Below, in pieces: positions 9,766 to 19,472 of a stretch of DNA of 64,000 nucleotides. The stretch spans positions 133,854 to 197,853 of the forward strand of contig CACOTF010000001.1 in NCBI GenBank assembly GCA_902630065.1, in the 5' to 3' direction. Numbering within the stretch: the first letter of the stretch is position 1; each line of letters starts with the position of its first letter. Position numbers and translations under genes: made by a program. Below the pieces are notes generated by a model. The model was given only the letters and a program-made list of their open reading frames with translations. It was not told the origin of the DNA and did not search any database. Origin of the DNA: an uncultured Pelagibacteraceae bacterium (GTDB taxonomy: Bacteria; Pseudomonadota; Alphaproteobacteria; Pelagibacterales; Pelagibacteraceae).

Positions 9766-11261
9766 CTTTTTTTTCTAAAAGTTGAAAATATTTGCCAACC
9801 AACAATCGTAATCGTTAATAATAAGATAATAAGAGTTATTGGTCTTTCCCATAGAAAATTTGGTGACCCATCACTAATTAATAGTGATCTTCTTAATGTT
9901 TCCTCCATAAGTCCTCCTAAAACAAAAGCTAAAATTAAGGGTGGCATTGGAAAATCATAAAGGCGAAGAAATGTTGCAACTACCGCAATTCCGATCATTA
10001 AAAAAATATCGAAATTATTAAAAGACATTAAATAGATACCTGTAACTGAGAAAAATAATATCAATGGAATTAAAAAGTTTCTAGGAACAGCTAAAATTCT
10101 AGCAATATAAGGTATTAGAGGAAGGTTAAGTATTAGTAGTATTACCATTCCGATATACATAGACATTATAACTGACCAAAAAATTTCAGGATTAGTTTGA
10201 TATAGTCTTGGACCAGGTTGAATACCAAATCCTAACAGCGCTCCTAACATTACAGCAGTTGTACCACTCCCTGGAATTCCTAAAGTTAATAATGGAACAA
10301 ATGATCCAGAACATGCAGCATTATTTGCTGTTTCAGGAGCAGAAAGACCATGCACACTTCCCTTTCCAAATTTCTGTTTCTCTTCGTCGTTTACGTAATT
10401 TCTTTCCATTCCATATGCTAAAAAAGATGCAATAGTTGCACCTGCACCAGGTAAAACTCCAATCAAAAAACCTAATATTGATGACCTAGGTATTGTTTTT
10501 GCCATTTTAATTGTTTCTTCTTTATTCACTTTAATTGAACCTAGTTCAGTTAAAGAAATTTGTTTTGCAGCTCTATTTGGATCTTTTCCTCTAAATATTA
10601 TTGTTAAAGCTTCACTCATTGCAAAAGTTGCCATTACAATAAGAACAAAACTTATACCATCAGTTAAATTCATATTATTAAAAGTAAATCTTGTAATATC
10701 TGATAAAGAGTCTTGACCTACGGTTGCAAGCATTAATCCTAAAATAACCATCATCATTGCTTTTAAAAATTGGCCTTTTGATGAAAAAGCTGAAATTGCT
10801 GTTAATCCTAAAATCATTAGAGCAAAATAATCAGGGGACTGAAAAGATAAACTTACTTTAGATAAACTTGGTGCCGCTATAAGTAAAAATATTGCAGAAA
10901 TAGTTCCACCAGCAAATGAACTATAAGCAGCAATAGCTAGCGCTTTTCCAGCTTTACCCTGTTGTGCCATTGGATAGCCATCAAAGGCAGTTGCAACAGT
11001 TCCTGGTACACCTGGAGCATTTAATAATATTGATGATGTTGAGCCACCAAAGACAGCACCATAATAAACTCCTGCCATTAAAATTAAACCTGTTGATGGA
11101 TCAAAGCCATAAGTTATAGGTATCATCAAAGCAATTGCAGTCATCGGACCTAACCCTGGCAACATTCCAATTATGGTCCCTGCAAAACAACCAACCATTA
11201 CCATAAGTATGTTTGTAAAAGATAAAGCTGTAGATAAACCTATTAGTATTCCCTCAATCAT
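9762..11261 (-). CDS. tctA: Tripartite tricarboxylate transporter permease TctA
   Basis: GMLPGLG, YYGAVFGGS, DGYPMA and PETANNA motifs; likely start MIEGILIG at 11261 overlapping the tctB stop. Confidence 0.93.
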   Translation of the reverse strand: MIEGILIGLSTALSFTNILMVMVGCFAGTIIGMLPGLGPMTAIALMIPITYGFDPSTGLILMAGVYYGAVFGGSTSSILLNAPGVPGTVATAFDGYPMAQQGKAGKALAIAAYSSFAGGTISAIFLLIAAPSLSKVSLSFQSPDYFALMILGLTAISAFSSKGQFLKAMMMVILGLMLATVGQDSLSDITRFTFNNMNLTDGISFVLIVMATFAMSEALTIIFRGKDPNRAAKQISLTELGSIKVNKEETIKMAKTIPRSSILGFLIGVLPGAGATIASFLAYGMERNYVNDEEKQKFGKGSVHGLSAPETANNAACSGSFVPLLTLGIPGSGTTAVMLGALLGFGIQPGPRLYQTNPEIFWSVIMSMYIGMVILLILNLPLIPYIARILAVPRNFLIPLILFFSVTGIYLMSFNNFDIFLMIGIAVVATFLRLYDFPMPPLILAFVLGGLMEETLRRSLLISDGSPNFLWERPITLIILLLTITIVGWQIFSTFRKKS

Positions 11262-11728
11262 CCTATAATTCCTAAATATTGAAGAAGTGGATCTCTTAAA
11301 TAAATATTTAAAACTCCATGTAGCAGATACATAAATATAGCAACAAACGGAAAGGATAATGTAAACATCCAAATCCAACGTCTTTCACCCAGTAAATAAT
11401 AAGAAGATATTAAAAATAATGAAGTTGATAAGAAATAACCTATTTTTAAAATCACAGCGCCATAAATTACTGAAACTATGATTAAGTAAATTATACTTTT
11501 ATAATCTAGAACTTTGTGATCAACAATAATTGTAGTTTTTTCAGGTAAAATTATTTTTAATGAAGATAAAAAGATACCAGCATAACCTAAATAAATTGGA
11601 AACGTTCTAGCATTAAAAGGTGCATTTTCATCAAATGCAAATACTTGAATATTGTAAGCTGAATATAAGTAAAGAACTGATAAAACTAAAAAGAGCAGTG
11701 AGATAAATTTAGTTGGACTAATTCTCAC
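11258..11728 (-). CDS. tctB: Tripartite tricarboxylate transporter TctB
   Basis: Small 4-TM protein between tctC and tctA. Confidence 0.85.
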   Translation of the reverse strand: MRISPTKFISLLFLVLSVLYLYSAYNIQVFAFDENAPFNARTFPIYLGYAGIFLSSLKIILPEKTTIIVDHKVLDYKSIIYLIIVSVIYGAVILKIGYFLSTSLFLISSYYLLGERRWIWMFTLSFPFVAIFMYLLHGVLNIYLRDPLLQYLGIIG

Positions 11729-11755
11729 TGCTCTAATTTAAATAATCTCGAAAGA

Positions 11756-12730
11756 TTATATTACTCCTAATTTTTTCATAAGAGCTGTCATTTCAACAGT
11801 TTGTTTCTCTAAGAAAGCATCAAATTTAGAACCTGGGTTATATATATTTACCCATGCATTTCTTTTTCTAACCGCTTCCCACTCTGGTGTTTTTTGAACA
11901 TCGCCAAGCATTTTAGAGATTTTATTATAGTCACTCATACTCATGCTTTTTGGTGCAAAGAAACCTCTCCAGTTAACAAATTGCACGTCATAACCTTGCT
12001 CTTTTAAGGTTGGTGCATCAGGTGCATCACCTACTCTACTTGGTGCAGTAATACCAATAATTCTAACTTGGTCTCTTGCTCCCATTACTTCTCCCAAACC
12101 AGTTGAAAGAATTTGAGTTTCACCAGATAAAAGTCCAGCTAAAGCTTTTCCACCTGCATCATAAGGAACGTAAATCACATCATTTGGATTTGCTCCAGCA
12201 GCTTGAAATGCTAATGCTCCAATTAAATGGTCCATACTTCCTCTTACAGATCCACCAGCCATTTTAATTGATTTTGGATCTTTTTTGTATTGATCTACAG
12301 CATCTTTAAAATTTTTAATTGGCGAATTTTTAGCAACTACTATTGCACCATAATCTCCAATTACTCCTGCAATCGGTTTAACATCTTTGTAAGATAAAGT
12401 TCCACTACCTTTAACATATCCTTTATGTCTTGTGATTGATCTTAAAACCAAAGGTGTTGATTGAACTAAAACAGTATCTTTTGGGGCGTTATTTATTAAG
12501 TAAGCTAAAGCCTTACCACCTCCACCACCTGACATATTTTCAAATGATGCGCTTTTTAAAAAGCCAGCTTTAGTCAATGCTTCTCCAGTACCTCTAGCAG
12601 TTCCATCCCAACCACCACCAGCACCACCACCGATTAAGAAGTGTAACTTATCAACCGCAAATGAGCTTGTAGATGAAAAAAGAAGAGCTGCAGAAAATAA
12701 AACTGAAATAAAAGTTTTAATTAGTTTCAT
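11756..12730 (-). CDS. tctC: Tripartite tricarboxylate transporter substrate-binding protein TctC
   Basis: GGGAGGGWDGTAR, NMSGGGGG and NWRG motifs; start moved to MKLIK at 12730 (GAGG upstream, signal peptide). Confidence 0.92.
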   Translation of the reverse strand: MKLIKTFISVLFSAALLFSSTSSFAVDKLHFLIGGGAGGGWDGTARGTGEALTKAGFLKSASFENMSGGGGGKALAYLINNAPKDTVLVQSTPLVLRSITRHKGYVKGSGTLSYKDVKPIAGVIGDYGAIVVAKNSPIKNFKDAVDQYKKDPKSIKMAGGSVRGSMDHLIGALAFQAAGANPNDVIYVPYDAGGKALAGLLSGETQILSTGLGEVMGARDQVRIIGITAPSRVGDAPDAPTLKEQGYDVQFVNWRGFFAPKSMSMSDYNKISKMLGDVQKTPEWEAVRKRNAWVNIYNPGSKFDAFLEKQTVEMTALMKKLGVI

Positions 12731-12802
12731 TATTTCCTCTCTTATTATAATTATAATTATACTGATTAAACATATATTAAGATTTAGTGTCAATGAAGAA
12801 TA

Positions 12803-13885
12803 ATGATAAACTTTGTAAGAGATATACCAATAAACAAAAAAGAATTTAAATTATTAATTTCACCGAAATTTTTTCTTGTAATTCTAGTATCGATACCAAG
12901 TGCAATTATCGCTGATTATTTTAATGTACCACTTGCTTGGATGATCGGACCTATGATTATAACTTCAATAGCCGCCTTAGCTGGTCTTAAAATAATTATG
13001 CCTCGTTTAGCTTTAAGCTCAGTTTTAATAATTCTGGGTCTTTATATAGGAAATTATATTGATCAAAATTTATTTAATCAAATGTTAGATTGGATATGGA
13101 CAACTTTGATAATGCTTATTTATATAATAATAAGTATTTATGTAGTTTCAAAGTATCTACAGAAATTTTCAGGATATCAAAAAAAAGCATCTATTTTTTC
13201 TGCAGCACCTGGAGCGTTAGGTCCATTAATAATTTTAGCTGAATATGAAAAATCAGATTTGTCCCAAGTTGCCACATCTCATTTAATTAGATTAATTATT
13301 ATTATTACAGTTTTTCCATTTATAATTGTGAGTTCGTCAAATCAAGAGGCTTTAATTATTAATGATTATAATTATATGGCTCAGGATCATTTCAATTTAG
13401 CTTTATTAATTGTTGGGTCATTAATTTTAATATTTATATTTGATAAGATTAAAGTTCCTGCTGCCTTACTATCGGGGACTTTAGTGGCAAGCGGAATTTT
13501 ACAAATAACAGAAGTTGCTTCTTATAAGTTGCCAGAAACAACCATCAACTTTTGTTTGTTAGTGTTGGGGGCATCCGTTGGGTGCAGATTTGCAAACAAA
13601 ACTATAAAAGAAATTGCAAACAACTCTCTTCATAGTGTAGTTGCTACAGTCATTTTAGTAATACTTGGTTTATTAGCAGCATACTTTGCAAATTTTTTTG
13701 TAGAGAATAGTCTTATGACTTTAATATTAGCTTTTTGTCCTGGAGGTATTTATGAAGTTGCAGTTATTGCTATTGCATTTGATTTAGAGCCAGATTTTGT
13801 GGCCTTTCATCATATCATTAGACTTTTGTTTATTCTATTTACTGTTCCTGTTTTTTTAAAAGTAATTGAAAAGTTTAAGAAATAG
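12803..13885 (+). CDS. AbrB-family duplicated membrane protein
   Basis: PLAWMIGPM, duplicated APGA/CPGG and HLIR/HIIR motifs; divergent from tctC. Confidence 0.85.
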   Translation: MINFVRDIPINKKEFKLLISPKFFLVILVSIPSAIIADYFNVPLAWMIGPMIITSIAALAGLKIIMPRLALSSVLIILGLYIGNYIDQNLFNQMLDWIWTTLIMLIYIIISIYVVSKYLQKFSGYQKKASIFSAAPGALGPLIILAEYEKSDLSQVATSHLIRLIIIITVFPFIIVSSSNQEALIINDYNYMAQDHFNLALLIVGSLILIFIFDKIKVPAALLSGTLVASGILQITEVASYKLPETTINFCLLVLGASVGCRFANKTIKEIANNSLHSVVATVILVILGLLAAYFANFFVENSLMTLILAFCPGGIYEVAVIAIAFDLEPDFVAFHHIIRLLFILFTVPVFLKVIEKFKK

Positions 13886-14816
13886 ACGATTTTAGTTTTT
13901 CAAAAACATTTTCTGCAGATAGTTTGCTTAAATCTGAAACCTGGATAGCTTTAAAATATTCAGTTTCAATACTAACTTTTTCTGCAGTCGTATGAGATCC
14001 AAATAATACTAAACCTTTCTTATTTAAATGAGCAGCCATATGAGCTGGTCCTGTATCATTTGAAACAATAAATGAACTCTCTTTAATAAGCGAAGACAAT
14101 TTAGAAATATTAACTGCTATACCATTGTCTAAAATACTTATAGCATCAAATTCATTTGTTAACTTTATTTCATTTGGTCCTGGTACGATTACAATTTGAA
14201 ATTGATTAGAATATTGAGATTTAATTTTCTTAATTAAATTACTAAAGTAAGGCCATCTTTTGATAGTTAAACCCGGAGATGAAAATGGAAATAAAATAAT
14301 ATATTTTTTTAAGTTATAATTACGCTTTAAATCACTTATATCTTCACAACTCCAAGAAAAATCAGGTTTCAGTACATTTTTAGTAGTTATGCCAGATGAT
14401 TTTAACTGATGTTCAAATCTTCTTAAAACTCCGTCTTTATCAAAGTTTTTTTTACTAGTTCCTTCAGGTAAAGTTGTTTCGGTGGAGGACCAAATATCTG
14501 ATCTCGATTTCGGAAAAAGAATTTTTTTATAAAAATTTGTTCGATTTGAATTTTGAAGATCATATACTTTTGAAAATTTATATTTTTTTAATTTTCTCAT
14601 TAATAAATACAAATAAACTAAATTAAATCTAGAAAGTCTTTTGTCTAAAATTATGTCTTTAAAATTTTGATTTTTTTTAAATAAATCTATGTAAGGCTTA
14701 GTTGTTAATAAGTACAAATTATCTGCTCTATGATTTTCAGATATATCTTGAATTGCCCCACTTGCTTGAGCTATATCTCCTAAAGAGCCATGTTTTATAA
14801 TAAGTATATTAGACAT
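13875..14816 (-). CDS. Glycosyltransferase family 9 (heptosyltransferase-like)
   Basis: KHGSLGD, DLQ, KRWP and SNDTGPAHMAA motifs. Confidence 0.9.
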   Translation of the reverse strand: MSNILIIKHGSLGDIAQASGAIQDISENHRADNLYLLTTKPYIDLFKKNQNFKDIILDKRLSRFNLVYLYLLMRKLKKYKFSKVYDLQNSNRTNFYKKILFPKSRSDIWSSTETTLPEGTSKKNFDKDGVLRRFEHQLKSSGITTKNVLKPDFSWSCEDISDLKRNYNLKKYIILFPFSSPGLTIKRWPYFSNLIKKIKSQYSNQFQIVIVPGPNEIKLTNEFDAISILDNGIAVNISKLSSLIKESSFIVSNDTGPAHMAAHLNKKGLVLFGSHTTAEKVSIETEYFKAIQVSDLSKLSAENVFEKLKSSIS

Positions 14817-14848
14817 ATTTTTAACAACTTAACATAATATAAAATTAT

Positions 14849-15238
14849 ATGAATAAAATTTTAGTTGAAGTGTCTGTTGGAGAATTGTTAGATAAAATTT
14901 CAATTTTAGAAATTAAATCTGAAAAAATTAAAGATCCAGAAAAATTAAATTTTATTAAAGATGAGTATAAAATTTTAAAGAATCGATTAAATACTAGTAT
15001 TAAAAATTATAATGATATTGAAAGTTTATATAATTCATTAAAAGAAATAAATTCTAAGTTATGGGTAATTGAGGATGATAAGAGACTTTGTGAAAAAAAT
15101 TCTAATTTTGGTGAAAAATTTATTAAATTATCAAGAGATGTTCACTTCTTAAATGATGAAAGATCAAAATTAAAATTAGAAATAAATAATAAGACTGGTT
15201 CTAAAATTAAAGAAATAAAAGAATATACAAAGTATTAA
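14849..15238 (+). CDS. Conserved protein (DUF6165-like)
   Basis: VSVGELLDKISILEIK...LWVIED...NDER...KEIKEY. Confidence 0.75.
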   Translation: MNKILVEVSVGELLDKISILEIKSEKIKDPEKLNFIKDEYKILKNRLNTSIKNYNDIESLYNSLKEINSKLWVIEDDKRLCEKNSNFGEKFIKLSRDVHFLNDERSKLKLEINNKTGSKIKEIKEYTKY

Positions 15239-15265
15239 TATTACTTATAAATTTTCTAAATAAAT

Positions 15266-16051
15266 TTAAACTAAACTTGGAATTATTTTTCTTAAATCCA
15301 TTGAAAGCTTAGGGTTAATTTTTGAATAGATTACTCCCTTCCCTAATTTTTTTAGTGCCAATATTTTTCCATCTGGTGAAATAATTACTGTATGGCCAAA
15401 TGTTTCTCTTTTAGGGGTATTTTTACCAGTTTGAGCTGGCGCAAAAATATAACAAAAATTTTCAATAGCTCTTGCTCTTAAAAGGGTTAACCAATGTTTT
15501 TGTCCAGTAAACTTTGTAAAAGCTGAAGGAACTGCTATAAAGCTCAAATTTTTTTTTGATAAACTTCTATAAAGTTCAGGAAATCTTAGATCAAAACAGA
15601 TAGTAAATCCTAATCTACCCCAAGGTAAATTTGCTGTAACTAATTTGTTTCCTGCTTTAAAAGTTTTACTTTCTTTATGTTGTTCTTTATTTGGTATTTT
15701 TACATCAAACATATTGATTTTGTCATAATATTTGACAACTTTTCCATTTGGTCCAATCAATATTGACCTATTTCTAAGTTTATTTTTAACCTTAACGCAA
15801 ATTGATCCGAGTAAAATCCATTTCTTATATTTTTTTGAAACTTCTTTAATTTTCTTCAAAATTGGATCTTTATTCATTTCAAATGAATATTTAAAAAGTG
15901 TTTCTCTACTACTGGACATCAAGGAAGAGGTTTCAGGTGTAATAATTAAATCAGATTTATTTTTTATAGCTTGATTTACATATTTAAGAATATCTTTGTA
16001 ATTATTTTCATAATTTTCTCCACTAGATAATTGTATGCATGCTATTTTCAT
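15266..16051 (-). CDS. Carbon-nitrogen hydrolase (Nit1-like)
   Basis: Glu-Lys-Cys triad motifs TPE, YDK and ICFDLRFPE; RARAIEN. Confidence 0.9.
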   Translation of the reverse strand: MKIACIQLSSGENYENNYKDILKYVNQAIKNKSDLIITPETSSLMSSSRETLFKYSFEMNKDPILKKIKEVSKKYKKWILLGSICVKVKNKLRNRSILIGPNGKVVKYYDKINMFDVKIPNKEQHKESKTFKAGNKLVTANLPWGRLGFTICFDLRFPELYRSLSKKNLSFIAVPSAFTKFTGQKHWLTLLRARAIENFCYIFAPAQTGKNTPKRETFGHTVIISPDGKILALKKLGKGVIYSKINPKLSMDLRKIIPSLV

Positions 16052-16725
16052 GTTTGAAATCCATATTTTTTTTCCAAATATTTAATTACATTATGAATTA
16101 TAAAAGTCATAAACAAGTAAATACCTCCTGCCACAATAAATACTTCTACTGGCTTAAATGTTGTTGAAATTATATATTTAGCAACACCAGTTAAGTCCAT
16201 TAGTGTGACTGTGCTTGCTAATGATGTGCCTTTAAGCATTAAAATAATTTCATTGCCATAAGCTGGCAAAGATTGTTTTATTGCAATAGGAATTTGTATT
16301 TTTGTAAAAATAATTTTAGAAGGTATGCCTAAGCTTCTTCCAGCTTCTAAATATCCAGGTTTTATAGTTTGAAAAGCTGATCTCAATATTTCTGATGTAT
16401 AAGCACCTGTATTTAATGAAAATGCAATTATCGCGCACCAATATGGTTCTTTTAAAACTACCCACAAAACTGTTGTTCTTAAGTATTCAATTTGACCTAA
16501 TCCAAAATATATTATGAAAATTTGAACCAATAGAGGTGTTCCTCTGAATATATAAGAATAGCCGTAAGCAAATTTATTAATTAATTTATGACTATTCATT
16601 CTCAAAATTGCAAAACCTAATCCAATAAAAAGACCGACAATAAGAGATACAGACAATAGTTTAAGAGTAATCAAAGTTGCGTTTAGCAACTTAGGAAAAC
16701 TACTAATCATTAATTCAATATCCAT
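16048..16725 (-). CDS. Polar amino-acid ABC permease (HisM/OccM-like)
   Basis: RGTPLLVQ and LKGTSLAS motifs. Confidence 0.9.
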   Translation of the reverse strand: MDIELMISSFPKLLNATLITLKLLSVSLIVGLFIGLGFAILRMNSHKLINKFAYGYSYIFRGTPLLVQIFIIYFGLGQIEYLRTTVLWVVLKEPYWCAIIAFSLNTGAYTSEILRSAFQTIKPGYLEAGRSLGIPSKIIFTKIQIPIAIKQSLPAYGNEIILMLKGTSLASTVTLMDLTGVAKYIISTTFKPVEVFIVAGGIYLFMTFIIHNVIKYLEKKYGFQT

Positions 16726-17417
16726 TAATAACCTTTGCTATATTTTGTCTCTAATTTGTTTAATAATTGCATACTTAAAAATGTAAGAATTAAGTACAAA
16801 ACTGCTGCAAATGAGTAAAAAAATAATGGATCTCTTGTTGATCCAGCTGCAATATAAGATTGTCTCATTATTTCAACTAGACCAGTTACAGATATAAGAG
16901 AAGTATCTTTCAAAGTAATTTGCCAAACGTTACTTAAATTTGGAATTGCTAATCTAAGCATTTGAGGCAAAATAATTTTAAAGAAGTAAATATATTTATT
17001 AAATCCTAAAACTTTTGCAGCTTCAAACTGACCTCTGTCAATTGATTGTAATGCACCTCTAAATACTTCGGTTGAGTATGCTCCCGATATTATCCCTATT
17101 GAAAATGAACCTGTTAAAAAAGCATTAATTTCGATGTAATCATTATAACCAAATATAGAAGCAACAAACATAATTGCTCCGCTACCCCCAAAGAAAAATA
17201 AATAAATTACTAGAAGCTCTGGTACACCTCTAATAACAGTGGTGTATGCATTACCAATAGAATTAAGAAATTTATTATTAGATAATTTTAATGGAGTAAA
17301 TAAAGCAGCGAATATAAAGCCAATTATCATTGCGGTTATAGAGACCGCAATTGTCATTAAGGTTGCAAAGAATAACTCGTCTCCCCAACCTTTATCACCA
17401 AAATATAGAAGTTCCAT
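16725..17417 (-). CDS. Polar amino-acid ABC permease (HisQ/OccQ-like)
   Basis: RGVPELL, GQFEAA and LKDTSL motifs. Confidence 0.9.
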   Translation of the reverse strand: MELLYFGDKGWGDELFFATLMTIAVSITAMIIGFIFAALFTPLKLSNNKFLNSIGNAYTTVIRGVPELLVIYLFFFGGSGAIMFVASIFGYNDYIEINAFLTGSFSIGIISGAYSTEVFRGALQSIDRGQFEAAKVLGFNKYIYFFKIILPQMLRLAIPNLSNVWQITLKDTSLISVTGLVEIMRQSYIAAGSTRDPLFFYSFAAVLYLILTFLSMQLLNKLETKYSKGY

Positions 17418-17420
17418 AAT

Positions 17421-17446
17421 ATAGGTGGCTAATTATAGCCACCCAT
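17421..17446 (-). terminator. Intercistronic stem-loop after the binding-protein gene
   Basis: Minus strand ATGGGTGGCTA-TAAT-TAGCCACCTAT; 11 bp stem with one G-U pair. Confidence 0.6.
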
Positions 17447-17456
17447 AACTAATTTA

Positions 17457-18284
17457 TTACATAGAAGCGTCAAAACCAAAATGTTTTATAGCAAGCTTAC
17501 TAATAATGCCATCGTCTCTAGCTTTATCAATTGCTGCATTAAAATCATTTAAAAGTTTAGAGTCACCTTTTCTAATACCTACACCAACTCCATTTCCAAA
17601 GTCTCCACCTGCAAATGTTGGTCCAGTCAATACAACTCCTTTACCAGATTTTTCTGCATAATCTGTAAAAGCAACTGCTGCAGCTAGTGCTGCATCTATT
17701 CTACCAGCAGATAAGTCTAAGTTTACTTCATCTTGAGTCTTGTAAGTTCTAATTTTTACATTACCCATTAAACCAGACTCTAAGAAATTCTGATGAATTG
17801 TTGCTGTTTGTACACCTATAGTTTTACCTTTAAAAGCTTTAGTCAAAACATCTAGTGTTGCTTGCTCATCAGCACTTATATCTGTTAAATTTATAGCTGA
17901 CATTGTTTTAAGACCTTCATTTTTTGATCCCTTCATAACAGCTAGTGATGCAACTTCATCAGCATAACCTTGAGAAAAGTTTATTGTTTTCATTCTCTCA
18001 CCAGTTATTGACATTCCAGCCATGATAGCATCAAATTTTCTTGAAACTAAAGCTGGTATCATTCCATCCCAATCTTGCTCTACAATAGTGCAGTCATGTT
18101 TCATTATTTTGCATAATTCATTTGCTAATTCGACTTCAAAGCCAATCAAATTTCCAGCTGCGTCTTTAGAATTCCAAGGTGGATATGCACCTTCGGTTCC
18201 TATTTTAATTTGATCTGCAATTGAAGAAATTGTTAAGAATAATGATATTAAAATACCAAGTCCTAATACTTTTAATTTTTTCAT
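17457..18284 (-). CDS. Basic amino-acid/opine ABC substrate-binding protein
   Basis: IGTEGAYPPWN and QDWDGMIPAL motifs; start MKKLK at 18284 with GGAGG upstream. Confidence 0.9.
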   Translation of the reverse strand: MKKLKVLGLGILISLFLTISSIADQIKIGTEGAYPPWNSKDAAGNLIGFEVELANELCKIMKHDCTIVEQDWDGMIPALVSRKFDAIMAGMSITGERMKTINFSQGYADEVASLAVMKGSKNEGLKTMSAINLTDISADEQATLDVLTKAFKGKTIGVQTATIHQNFLESGLMGNVKIRTYKTQDEVNLDLSAGRIDAALAAAVAFTDYAEKSGKGVVLTGPTFAGGDFGNGVGVGIRKGDSKLLNDFNAAIDKARDDGIISKLAIKHFGFDASM

Positions 18285-18342
18285 ATTTTCCTCCAAAAAT
18301 TTTGAAGATTATTTCATAAAATTATTGTTTTAAAAAGAAAAA

Positions 18343-19383
18343 TTAATGATTTATTGACGAGGAAAAATTCCAAGAACAATCAAAACTTGGTATGTAAACT
18401 CTTGAAAGTTTTGTATTTCCAAAATTTTTGTTAAAAACATTTAACCAATTTTCAACTTGTTTTGGTTTTTTGTCTTGGCTTCCTACTTGAGCAGTAATTA
18501 CACCTTTGGGTTTTAATATTCTTTCTAAAGATGACATATTTTTCGCTGCCAAATCTATACAAAATTGATCATCATTAAGATCTACAAAGATTTGATCATA
18601 AGTATTGTCTTTGATAGATTTAATACTTTCAAAAGCATCTCCCCAAACACATTTAACTGAATTTTTTTCTGTGGCCTTCTCACCAATTTTGCTTAAATGT
18701 TTATCACAAACATCAACAACCTCGTGATCTAATTCATACCAATCAATAAATCCAAAATTTTGTGAAATGCATTCTCTTGCAACACCTCCATCACCTCCAC
18801 CAATAATTGCGGCTTTTTCTTTATTTGAGTTTAAATTAAGACCCGAATTTACAAAAGTTGAGCTATATAAATGTTCATCGCTTTCAGCTACTTGTATTTC
18901 ATTATCAATAAATAAAGCTTTTCCAAACTGTTCTAAATCAAGTATTTCAATATATTGACCAACTTTAGATTTAAAATTTTCCAAAACTTTATTAACAACA
19001 TATGATTTTTTTAAACCTGGGGAACTATAATTGTCATGATAAAGATCAATTGTATCTCTATTAAATTCTTTAATAATGATATTTGTATGTTCCATCTCAT
19101 ATTTTATTATATCCAGAGAAACTTTTGGAGATACTTTTCCACAAGTAAAAAAATCAAAGCTTACAATTTCTTTTTCTGGGAAAGTGTGAAAACTAATGTG
19201 ACTTTCAGCGAGTAAGGCAACTAATGTAAATCCTTGAGGTTCAAATTTATATTTAGAAATTTTTAAAACTGTTACTTTTGCTGCTTTAGCAATTTTATAA
19301 ACCAACTTTTCATAAAATTCAGGTGTGTATTCTTTTTTAGTTCCAACAATATCCAGTGTTATATGTTCGCCAACTTTTTCCAT
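18343..19383 (-). CDS. speD-speE: S-adenosylmethionine decarboxylase / spermidine synthase fusion
   Basis: N-terminal pyruvoyl cleavage motif LAESHISFHTFPE and TCG; C-terminal IGGGDGG aminopropyltransferase motif. Confidence 0.92.
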   Translation of the reverse strand: MEKVGEHITLDIVGTKKEYTPEFYEKLVYKIAKAAKVTVLKISKYKFEPQGFTLVALLAESHISFHTFPEKEIVSFDFFTCGKVSPKVSLDIIKYEMEHTNIIIKEFNRDTIDLYHDNYSSPGLKKSYVVNKVLENFKSKVGQYIEILDLEQFGKALFIDNEIQVAESDEHLYSSTFVNSGLNLNSNKEKAAIIGGGDGGVARECISQNFGFIDWYELDHEVVDVCDKHLSKIGEKATEKNSVKCVWGDAFESIKSIKDNTYDQIFVDLNDDQFCIDLAAKNMSSLERILKPKGVITAQVGSQDKKPKQVENWLNVFNKNFGNTKLSRVYIPSFDCSWNFSSSINH

Positions 19384-19472
19384 AAGAATCTAATAAATAT
19401 CTTTTTTAACTAACGAAATTTTTTACTTCTTTCAAACAAAAAACTATTATAATAATTTATTGAGGATAAACA

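Noticed and set aside
12803-13885. Ammonia monooxygenase
   Set aside because: AbrB-family membrane protein often mislabelled this way; no AmoABC features
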